A stretch of 64,000 bases of DNA, from assembly GCA_963736855.1 (NCBI GenBank), contig CAVTQK010000021.1, forward strand, positions 128,001 through 192,000. The letters are read 5' to 3'. The DNA is from an uncultured delta proteobacterium. GTDB lineage: Bacteria > Desulfobacterota > Desulfobacteria > Desulfobacterales > UBA2156. The position numbers were made by a program, and so were the translations under genes. Positions 31,995 through 41,200 of this stretch are shown one piece after another; position 1 is the stretch's first letter, and every line of letters starts with the position of its first letter. Under the pieces are notes generated by a model. The model did no database searches and was not told the DNA's origin. It saw nothing but the letters and a program-made list of their open reading frames with translations.

Positions 31995-32066
31995 GGCTTC
32001 GATTCCTTTCTGCAGGTTGGTTCCTCGCTGTTTCGAGGGTTGCCCGGATTGAATTGAAATAGTAAT

Positions 32067-32228
32067 AGAACTCGTCTTTCTGCGGATTACTCAAGAGCGA
32101 TCATGAATTGTGTTTTGCCATCGTCTGTACCCCAAGACATGGGAACCTACAATTGACGTGGCGGATGTATCCTCAATTATCCAAAGGCGGATGTGCTGTC
32201 AAACGGATTTTCATCGGTAAGGGGCCAT
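32067..32228 (-). repeat. Copy 2 (162 bp) of a putative IS91/ISCR-like oriIS end
   Basis: About 14 mismatches to 36729-36890 by manual alignment; contains TTGACA..GATAAT on the minus strand. Confidence 0.8.
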
Positions 32229-32299
32229 CATCCCGGCCGATTCGGGCATAGGCCAACGAGTTATCGCCGACCGGCTTTTTAAAAGTCAGCATCCATGGA

Positions 32300-32448
32300 A
32301 TAAACCGGTTTGACGTACGGACGAAAGAAGCCGTATTTTCTCTCGAATCGCTATTCATAGATGCCTACGAAGGCCTCGAAATGGTCTCCGACGAATTGGT
32401 AGCACAGTGAACTTTGGGGTTTTCACTGACGGTAACAGCTGCGGACAT
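32300..32448 (-). mobile_element. Decayed N-terminus of an IS91-family (rolling-circle Y2/HUH) transposase
   Basis: With one 1-nt repair it reads MSAAVYRQ*KPQSSLCYQFVGDHFEAFVGIYE*RFERKYGFFRPYVKPV, matching the region before the Zn-binding domain of IS91-type transposases (recognised from memory). Confidence 0.7.
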
Positions 32449-32845
32449 GGATACGCCCTCTTGATTCCCAGTTGAGAAATATTAGCAGTAATAACCATAC
32501 CGATTCAATATGTTGGTCTAAGGTCCAAAGAGGACCATGATATGATGACGGCGGGATTCCAAAATCTGGTAAGCGTTGACAGAAAGCGTCATCTTATTCA
32601 ATTGTCGAAATCGACATCTTCCATTTAGAGAGTTTCCAGAAACTCGGCGGAACAAAGGATGCGGAAGAGGGGATAGTGGGAGTTTTTTTATGAAACATTG
32701 ATAAATTGAGTTTGTAAAAGAAATACAGTGATCTTTGCAATTTTATCTAAAGCTTTGGCTGTTTAGTAATCCGAAGTGTTTTGACAAGAACTACTTGAAG
32801 TACTAATCAAGTGCCCATATATAAAGGATTTCAATAGCGAATTTG

Positions 32846-33322
32846 ATGAAAATTCTGCACGGTCTTTGCATCTCGAACCGCCCCGGCGTGACCCGGCCTC
32901 TCTTCGATCTCTTGGAACGACACGGGGTGGCAGTCAAGTTCGTCATCGAGGAGTGCCGCGAGCAGTCCATGAGCAATCTGGTCCTCTGAATCACCAGAGA
33001 TGTCCTGTTTCGACCGCACAGCTAACTTGCTGACATAAGGGCAATGTTACAGCCTCGGGAATTCGTGATCCGAGATGGGGTTGCACTGATCCGGATGTTA
33101 GGCCCTCATTTCGATATTCAGTCGGGGACCTCGGGCATGCTCTTCACGGCGCCGATTCTTGCGGGAGTCCACATCTACATCAATGCTACCACCATCACCT
33201 CGTCAACGTTCGCTATTCCCGACGAGCAGGTGGAGGCCGCGGAACGGGCCATAGGGAGAACCTTCACCATGCCCGGGAAAAAAGATAAGGCCGTCAGGGT
33301 TGAAATGGGGAAGGCTCTGTGA
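32846..33322 (+). pseudogene. Disrupted tandem ACT-domain protein (aspartokinase beta-like)
   Basis: ISNRPGVTRPLFDLLERHGVAVKF...SNLVL* followed by VALIRMLGPHF...STFAIPDEQVEAA; internal stops/frameshift. Confidence 0.6.
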
Positions 33323-35198
33323 GCGGCAGGAGGATGGTGAAGCATGAGCCTTTCCCCGGCTCTGACTGTACCTGAATGGTACCGCCGTGCTCGCGGACGA
33401 TCTTCTGGGTGATGGCCAGTCCCAGGCCGGTGCCCCGCGATCCCTTCGTGCTGTAGAACTGCTTGAAGATCTGGTCCTGGAGTTCCTTGCTCATCCCTAT
33501 GCCGGTATCAACGACCTGGAGGCGGATGCCGGCTTCACCCAGATTTTGGCTGGCGACGGTGATCTCTCCGCCTGCACCAGTCTCAGAAAAAGCCTCCACG
33601 GCGTTGGTGACCAGGTTCAAGAGACAGGTATGTATTCCTTCCGGGTCGGCGGTGACCGAAGGCGCCGATGGATCGAGATCCCGTCTTAGGGTCACTTGTC
33701 GCTCCCGAGCCTTCTCCTCTATGAGATCGCAGACCTCCGCGGCGATATCGTTCACCTGGCAGAGCTTCCGCGTGGGCGGACTGCTCCGGGCGAAGCTGAG
33801 CATATCGAGGGTGAGGCGGGAGATGCGGCTGATATTTCTTCCCACCAGACTCCAACCCTTGTCAAGAAGATCCGGCTTTTTCTCTCTGAGCGCCATTTCC
33901 ACCATGAACGCCCCCAGCTTCATGGTGTTGAGGATGTTCTTCACCCCATGGGCCACGCCGGCCACGGCTTGCCCCATGGCCGCCATCCGGGCGCTCTGGA
34001 TGAGCTCTTTCTCCAATCGCTTTATCTCCCGCATGTCCTTGAAGTAGCCGACCGTAGCCACTTCACGACCTCCTTCAGCGAGGATGATGGCAGAGAGAAG
34101 AATGGGGACGAATTCGCCGGTCTTGGTGACAACGTTCACCTCGTAGTTTACCAGGCGGCCGGGACCGCCGAAATCGCGTCCTAAAGTCAGCTTCTTTATC
34201 TCCCTTGCCAGACCCGGGGGATAAAGCTGAATGACGTTCATCCCGGCGAGCGCCTCCTCCCGGGTGTAGCCGTAGATCCGTTCAGCGCCCTCGTTGAAGA
34301 TGATGATGTTGCCTTGGGGATCATTGGCGATGATCCCGTCCATGGAGGTCTGAATGAGGTTATGCTCGAACTCGTGCCGCTTAACGAGCTCCTTCTCCAG
34401 ACGTTTGATCTCACGCACGTCCTTGAAGTACCCTACCGTGGCAACTTCCTGCCCATCCTCGTAAAGAAGTGTCGCCGAGAGCAGAATAGGCGCTCGCTCG
34501 CCGCTCTTGGTGAGCACCTCCACCTCGTAGTTGATCAGCCGCCCGGGTCCGCCGTACTCAGGCCCATAGATCATCTTCTTGATCCTCTTGGCCACGCCTT
34601 CGGGATAGAGCCGGATAACGGGCAAGCGGTGGAGGACCTCCTCCCGGGTGTAACCATAGATGTGTTCGGCGCCCTCGTTGAAGATGATGATGTTGCCTTG
34701 GCGATCACTGGCGATAATCCCGTCCATGGAGGTCTGAATGAGGTTGTGCTCGAATTCGTGGCGCTTCTTCAGCTCTTTGGTGGTCTTGTGGATGACTCGT
34801 TCCAGGTTTTCCGTGTATTCCTGGAGCTTGGTCCGCATCCAGATCTTCTCCTCGGCCCTCCTGAGGGCTACCGACAGGGCATCCTTGCTGACGGGCTTGG
34901 TGACAAAGTCCGAGGCCTCCAACTGTAGCGCCTCGACGGCGAGGCTCATTTCCCCATGGCCGGTGATGACAATTACCTCGGTGTCGCGTCTCTGGCCCTT
35001 GATCCTCCGGAGCACCTCGATGCCGTCCATACCCGGCATCTTTATATCGGTGAGCACGACAGGCGGTTGTTCCTTGGCGAAGGTATCGAGCCCGGTCCGA
35101 CCGTCTTCGGCAGTGAAAACCTCATGCCCATCACTCTCAAGCGAGAACTTCAGGAGTTCCCGAGCATCTTCATCGTCATCGATCAATAGGAGCTTCAC
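33294..35198 (-). CDS. Receiver-PAS-PAS-histidine kinase
   Basis: LIDDD, LTDIKMPGMDG; duplicated PAS (HNLIQTSMDGIIA); GVAHGVKN; GTGLGL. Confidence 0.92.
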   Translation of the reverse strand: MKLLLIDDDEDARELLKFSLESDGHEVFTAEDGRTGLDTFAKEQPPVVLTDIKMPGMDGIEVLRRIKGQRRDTEVIVITGHGEMSLAVEALQLEASDFVTKPVSKDALSVALRRAEEKIWMRTKLQEYTENLERVIHKTTKELKKRHEFEHNLIQTSMDGIIASDRQGNIIIFNEGAEHIYGYTREEVLHRLPVIRLYPEGVAKRIKKMIYGPEYGGPGRLINYEVEVLTKSGERAPILLSATLLYEDGQEVATVGYFKDVREIKRLEKELVKRHEFEHNLIQTSMDGIIANDPQGNIIIFNEGAERIYGYTREEALAGMNVIQLYPPGLAREIKKLTLGRDFGGPGRLVNYEVNVVTKTGEFVPILLSAIILAEGGREVATVGYFKDMREIKRLEKELIQSARMAAMGQAVAGVAHGVKNILNTMKLGAFMVEMALREKKPDLLDKGWSLVGRNISRISRLTLDMLSFARSSPPTRKLCQVNDIAAEVCDLIEEKARERQVTLRRDLDPSAPSVTADPEGIHTCLLNLVTNAVEAFSETGAGGEITVASQNLGEAGIRLQVVDTGIGMSKELQDQIFKQFYSTKGSRGTGLGLAITQKIVREHGGTIQVQSEPGKGSCFTILLPLTEPSPFQP

Positions 35199-35203
35199 GA
35201 ATT

Positions 35204-35497
35204 TTACCCCGGCGAATTGCCTTGGACCGCGGCCTTCGGAAAGGTAAGGATGAAGGTTGTTCCGATCCCCATCTCGCTTTCCACTGTCCGGTGCAGCCGC
35301 TTGGGCTGGTAGGTGAGCATGTCCTTGCGCAGACCCCGCTTTATTGTCTCGCTCACCAGGTTAGCACCGCGGATGATCTCCTGGATGAGCTGATCTCGTT
35401 GGGTCTCGATGTTCACTGAAGCATAGATACCGATAACGAGGATCACGATTGCGCCCACCGAACAGATCAATTTGAGACCAAGGCTTCGGTACCACAT
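35204..35497 (-). pseudogene. Membrane sensor kinase with a large in-frame internal deletion
   Basis: N-terminal TM/periplasmic start joined directly to a HATPase C-terminal VESEMGIGTTFILTFP. Confidence 0.7.
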
Positions 35498-35683
35498 GGG
35501 ACACCACGCACCATTCCCCGCCGACGCCTCACGTTGTGAAGGGAGAAATGAATTTCCGCCCGGGCTTATGGAGCGGCCGGAACGGCAAGCTTCGTTGGGA
35601 AGAAGCTCGAGTTGGAAAACGCCAAACCAGGATTCGAGAGCTCAGGGCCAAGATCAGGTATCCGTTGATAAAGAGTGTTCCAC

Positions 35684-36076
35684 TCATTCTTTGAGGAGGA
35701 GCTTCACATTGTGAATGAGTTCTTCTGGTTCGATGGGTTTCTCCATAAAGATATCCGCTTTGATCCAGTCCATGTCCCGATCAATGGAACGCTCGTAGCC
35801 GTTCTCGACCGGAGGACGCGCGGAAGCGATGAGTATGGGCAGTCCGTAAACGCCTTCCCGTTTTTTAATTTCGGCGGCGAACACCAACCCTTCGTCCATG
35901 GTGGCCATCATGATATCCAGAATGAGGAGATCTGGCTTGGCTTTACTGAGGAGTTGAAGCCCGGAGTGCGTGTCCAGGGCGGTGGACACCTCATACCCGC
36001 ATTCTGTGAGAATCTCGCTCAGAGCATCACAAATCTCTGGATCATCGTCGACGATCAGAATCTTTTTCCCGCTCAT
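35684..36076 (-). CDS. Single-domain response regulator
   Basis: ILIVDDD, LILDIMM, SA and EKP motifs; GGAGG RBS. Confidence 0.9.
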   Translation of the reverse strand: MSGKKILIVDDDPEICDALSEILTECGYEVSTALDTHSGLQLLSKAKPDLLILDIMMATMDEGLVFAAEIKKREGVYGLPILIASARPPVENGYERSIDRDMDWIKADIFMEKPIEPEELIHNVKLLLKE

Positions 36077-36231
36077 GGTTCAATCCCCTCCTCCGCTCGG
36101 GTGACAACAGCCCTCCTGTCTCCCGGCCTCCAGGCACACGGTCCAATAGCCCGAAACGCCAGTCATTCGGGAATCCCCTGTCTCGGTTGCAGCTCCGGAG
36201 TCATACCGGAGTCTACCATCTTCTACCGGCA

Positions 36232-36385
36232 TCAATCCATGCACCCCTTCCGCACCTTTAACGAAATCGGTCAACCCCTCGAAGACCTGCCTTCCGTATA
36301 CCGTCCTGTTTCAAGGGGCGCATCCTTTCGTTGATAGCGGTCCGGCGGATCTCGTCCACGTACGCCCTTTCACTTATAGCCTGTT
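36232..36385 (-). pseudogene. 3' fragment of a PilB/GspE-family ATPase gene
   Basis: VDEIRRTAINERMRPLKQDGIRK/VFEGLTDFVK/VRKGCMD* with frameshifts. Confidence 0.6.
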
Positions 36386-36547
36386 CCCGAGACACGACCG
36401 AGAGTCACATCCCTTCTCACCCAACGCGAGAAGGAACAAATCATGATGAAGCGAATGAGGTCACGAGAACCATGGCGAGATCATGACCGACACCGCGTCG
36501 GTAGCAACCCGATCTCACTCACACATCATCTCCGAGGCGCCACGATA

Positions 36548-36714
36548 GTAAAGGAACATCGGGTTCCCCTTCACGTGCCGGACCTTGGGTCGGTACTGCT
36601 CCTCATCATAGAGCTTGCGGACACCCCCCCGTTTCTGCCCCGTGGTAATGATACTGAGCGGCACATCGGCATAGATCCTCCGGCGAAGGGCGATCATCCG
36701 TCCATACACCCCCT
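36548..36714 (-). pseudogene. 3' fragment of a 6-phosphofructokinase-like gene
   Basis: GRMIALR...YADVPLS...[22 protein letters not shown] resembles PfkA-family C-termini; begins at the repeat end. Confidence 0.55.
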
Positions 36715-36724
36715 TAATTGAATC

Positions 36725-36890
36725 GATAAGAACTCGCTTTTCTGCGGATGACTCAAGAGCGATCATGAATTGTGTTTTGCCATCGTCTGTACCCCAAGAC
36801 ATGGAAACCTACAATTGACGTGGCGGATGTATTCTTAATTATCCAAAGGCGAATGCGCTGTCAAGCGGGAATTTATCGGTAAGGAGCCAT
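36725..36890 (-). repeat. Copy 3 of a putative IS91/ISCR-like oriIS end
   Basis: Minus strand ends ...GAAAAGCGAGTTCTTATC, followed by GAT; matches copies 1 and 2. Confidence 0.8.
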
Positions 36891-37075
36891 ACCTCTATTT
36901 TCTAATGCTTTTTTTCTGCCTGGATTAATAGTGTTCCCATCCTCTTCATCCTATTGATCTTTTTCTCTATTAAGGAAGATAATTGCTACCAAGGTTAAAA
37001 AGGCCATTCTTTACATTGAAAGTGCTTCAGGAATCTATAATCGTGTCAAAAAAGGCCGGGCAAGGACAGGTACCT

Positions 37076-38155
37076 TTAACGCGCTTTTTTAAGCGACCGG
37101 TAAATATCCGGCCGATTGGTGATGATCCCGTCTACTCCCATCCGGATCAAGATATCCATGTCATCTTTATCGTCGGGTACCCAGGGGAAGACCTGGATCC
37201 CTAGCCCATGGGCTTCGGCAAGCTCATCCGCCGTCAATGAGCGGAATTGTGGCCCCCAAAGTTTTCCACCGAGATAATGGATAGCCTTTGGAACGGAACC
37301 CATGAAGTCATCCACATCGATGCCCGCGGTCCAGGGGGAAGGGCCGGGGCGCCCGGATTTGACGTTGTCAAGGGTGGGGCTGGAATAGGAAAGAAAGATG
37401 ACTGGAATTTCAGGATGATGTTTGAGGCAGTATACCAAAGCCCGCCAGTCAAAGGAAAGGATGCGCGATCGCATCAAAAACCCCTCGCTTTTTAAGACTG
37501 CCGCCACCGCTTCCACCACCTGCCCGGGCTCGGGGGTAAGTTCCGGTTTTTCCGGTGAGGTTTTGATCTCCACCCAAAGGCCAGTGAGGGTGTCGTTTCG
37601 ACTTTTCAAAAGCCCGATGACCTCCCGGAAAGTCGGGATCCGCTCACCGTCTGCGGGCTTCTGATCGGGATAGCGACGGGCGTAAATCGTGGAGGTCTTC
37701 AGGCGGCCCACGTCATAGGTTTTCAGCTCAGAAAGGGTCAGGTCTTTAATGGGTTTGCGGTCCTTTTCCAAAAGCCATTGCCCATGGGCGGTCCGGGTGA
37801 TTTCCGGCTTTAGCGTAAAATCGTGGTGCACCATCACTTCTCCGTCGGCGGAAATCAGGACATCCATCTCCAGGTCGTCCACGCCGAATTCCAGGGCTTT
37901 TTTAAACGATGTCAGGGTGTTTTCAGGGGCAAGCCCTGCCGCACCCCGATGGCCGACGAGGACCATTTTCTTTTTCTCATGCGTTGACGTTTGCGTCATG
38001 GGGTCTTCTCGAACCTGCCGGCAGCTTGTAACCGTTCCGTTGAGACCCAAAACGGCTAGGATTAAAAAAACATCCAAAAAGAATTTAAATGGCGTTTCAA
38101 TGCCTGGATTGAGAATGCTTGATAAGATCTTTCGAGCCAGCTTGAAAAACTCCAT
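37076..38155 (-). CDS. Glycerophosphodiester phosphodiesterase (GDPD)
   Basis: GHRGAAGLAPENTL, LEMDV, VHHD, VEIK and GVDGIITNRPD. Confidence 0.92.
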   Translation of the reverse strand: MEFFKLARKILSSILNPGIETPFKFFLDVFLILAVLGLNGTVTSCRQVREDPMTQTSTHEKKKMVLVGHRGAAGLAPENTLTSFKKALEFGVDDLEMDVLISADGEVMVHHDFTLKPEITRTAHGQWLLEKDRKPIKDLTLSELKTYDVGRLKTSTIYARRYPDQKPADGERIPTFREVIGLLKSRNDTLTGLWVEIKTSPEKPELTPEPGQVVEAVAAVLKSEGFLMRSRILSFDWRALVYCLKHHPEIPVIFLSYSSPTLDNVKSGRPGPSPWTAGIDVDDFMGSVPKAIHYLGGKLWGPQFRSLTADELAEAHGLGIQVFPWVPDDKDDMDILIRMGVDGIITNRPDIYRSLKKAR

Positions 38156-38279
38156 CCCGAGTCAAGGCGCGAAAGCGGTAGTGTAATTTTTATTGTGTAA
38201 AATTGTGGCTACTCGAAAAAAAGGTCGCTTTTCCATTATTCGCATCGGGCGCACTCGTCCCCTGTGACGTACCCTTTCG

Positions 38280-41200
38280 TCATTCCTCCGGGAGCTGCGC
38301 ATAGGAGGGGATCACCCGCATGATTTCCCGATAGACCGAAGGGGCGTCCGGGTATATGGTGCCCGGATGCAACCGTGCCTGAAGGTCGGCTAGAATGCGC
38401 CAATCCGGCAGAGCTCCACCGGGTCCAGACATAACGGGTCGTAGCGGTAAAACCCGACGTTCCGTATTGGTGAAGGTGCCATCCTGTTCCAAAAAAGACG
38501 TGGCCGGCAGAATGACATGCGCCAGTCCGGCACACTCAGAAAGGAAGAGGTCTTGTACCACCAGAAATTCCAGGTGACGAGAAGACTCTAGGACATTTTC
38601 CCACTGCCCCTCCGCCGCCGGGGAATTAGTGCCAAGAATAAAGAGTCCTTTCAGCTTTTCCTGGCGAGCGTTCTCCATCATTCGGTTAAATCCGAAGCCG
38701 GCGGCGGATGGAATTTGCAGGCTCCAGATGTCCGCCAACTGCTCTCGTCTTTTGTCGTCGGTAATCGGGATATGGCCGGGAAGATGGCCGGGCAGCATGC
38801 CCATGTCCACGGCTCCCAGGGTGTTGATGTAGCGGCAGAGGGGATAGATGCCGCTGTGCGGCTGACCGATGCGGCCGGTCAAAAGGGCGAGGTTCGTTAA
38901 GGATGCGGCCTGGCGTTCACCGTGAGGGTCGGAGACGAAGTCCTCGGAATAAAGCAACGCGAGAGATGATGTGGTCGCGCAGGTGCGGGCCATATCTTCC
39001 AGGGTTTCTTCAGGGATGCCTAGATGGCCGATTAGCTGACCGGGATTCCGATCCGCCACATCTTTCCTCAGCTCTGCGAGTCTCTGGGGGTAGGCTTGGG
39101 CGAAGGTGTGATCATAGAGGTCGCGCTGAAGTATCCAGTGCAGTAGCACGGTAAGGAAATCCGCTTCGCGTCCACGGGGAATGAGAAGTGCCGGATTGGC
39201 GAAACTCCCGAGATCGATTGGCCGTGAAGTCACGGTGATGAGTCGGCGGCTCCAGGTGCGGCTGGCTCTTCGCAAGGCCGCAGCCACTATTGGATTGCTC
39301 TCCTCAATGAGGTCTCCGAATGCCAAAATGACCTGAGCTTCTTCAATCTCGCGCAAGGTATGGGTCATACCAGCGCTACCGATGAGGCGGGAGAGTGCCT
39401 CCATGGTGACGCGCTGGGCATGACTTCCGGGAAAATCCAGATTGTTCGTGCTGAAATGGTTGCGAAAAATTTTCTGCAACAGATAGTTGGCTTCATTGGT
39501 GGCCTGGGGCGAGCCCAGGGCGGCCAGGGCGTGCCCGCCATGTTGCTCCTGAATACGTTTGAACTCGCGGGCAACTCGATCCAGAGCCTCCTCCCAGGAG
39601 ACCTCCACCAGTCGGCCGTCCTTGCGGACGAGCGGTGTTTTCAGCCGATGGGGGCTGCTCAGGTAGGCAAAGCTGTCGAAACGGCCCTGCCGGCAGGTGT
39701 GGCCATAACTTGGCAGCGCGTCTTTACGTGTGGTGATGGTAAAGAAGTTATCGCCTTTGAGGTTAAAAACGAGTTGGCATCCGCAGCCGCAGTGGGCACA
39801 AACGGTTTCCACCTGCTGGTACTGGAAGGGGCCGGGTTTGCCTCCGATACGCTCCTCCAGCGCCCCCGTGGGGCACACATCGAGGCAGAGACCGCAGGAC
39901 ACGCAGCGGGCATTGAAGGTGGGCGTTTCGACAAAGTCGATGGCATCCGAGCATTGGGACGTGGCGCACGCCTCATAGCATTGCTTGCACCGCACGCATT
40001 TGTTTGGATCTCGGGCAATGAACGGGTGCTGGTCGAGGCGGACGGCTTCGTCAAAAGGTATTTGAGGCTGCAGCCGGGTAGTCGCATCGATGTGCATTTC
40101 ATGAGCGAGCCGGCGCAGACGGCAATCGAAAACATCCATGCACCCGCAGGACAAGCAGCGCTCCGCCTCATGCAGGGCCTTATCCTCGGGCAGCCCGAGA
40201 TCGATCTGTTTGAAGTTGGTGATCCGCTCCAGGGGCTCGAGCTCCGGCATCCGGACCCGCGCCTGGTGCGTGAATGCGGAAAAGGGCTCAAGGTGGATGG
40301 TCTTCAGATCGCCTTTAACAACATTGAAAGTCTTGGGCTGGGTGTCGATCCGTTTTTCCGCTAGATAATTATTAATTGCCAAAGCAGCCCGGCGTCCATC
40401 GGCCAGGGCCCGCACTACCGTATCCGGTCCGCGGTAGACATCGCCCCCGGTGAAGATGCCCTCGATGCCGGTGTACATGGTTTCCGGGTCTGCGCCAATT
40501 GTTTTCCACCGCGTCACCGGAATGCCCGCCGTTGCCTTGTCCGTCTCCAATGGGGAAATGTCGGCGATCTGCCCGATGGCGGCGATGACCATGTCCACGG
40601 GAATAGTCGTCTCCGAACCTTTCACGGGGATGGGGCGTCGCCGACCGCTGGCGTCCGGCTCCCCCAGCGTCATCTGTATAGTTTCGAGCTGCTGAACCTT
40701 GCCATTGTCGCTCAGGAGCTTGACGGGAGCTGCCAAAAAATGAAACTTGATGCCCTCGGCCATCGCGCCATCGATCTCTTCGTGGCTGGCGGGCATCTCC
40801 TCCCGGGAGCGGCGATAAATGACGGCAATCTCCTCGGCGCCAAGTCGAACGCTGGTGCGTGCGGCATCCATCGCCACGTTGCCGCCGCCGATGATGGCCA
40901 CTCGTCGGCCCATGCTCACGGGTTTCCCCAAGGCGATATCCGCCAGGAAGTTCACGCCGGAATGCACACCGTCGAACTCCTCGCCGGCAATACCGAGCCT
41001 ATGGGTGGCCCAAGCGCCGATCGCCAGGAAAAAGGCTTTGTAATCTTCACTTCGGAGGGATTCGACAGTAAAATCCTTACCCCATCTGACGCCCGTTTGC
41101 ACTTTAACGCCCAGCTGGAGGATGCCTTCGATCTCCCAATCGAGGACCTTCTTGGGAAGTCGATATTCCGGGATGCCGTAGCGAAGCATGCCTCCCAGCT

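Noticed and set aside
27333..36890. The three repeats as a CRISPR array or integron attC sites
   Set aside because: Spacing is kilobases, there are no cas or integrase genes, no GTTRRRY/RYYYAAC palindromic attC structure, and the blocks contain multiple genes in both orientations.
38280..39800. Active formate dehydrogenase or selenoprotein
   Set aside because: No Cys or in-frame TGA at the Mo/W ligand position, and the C-terminal dinucleotide-binding domain is missing.
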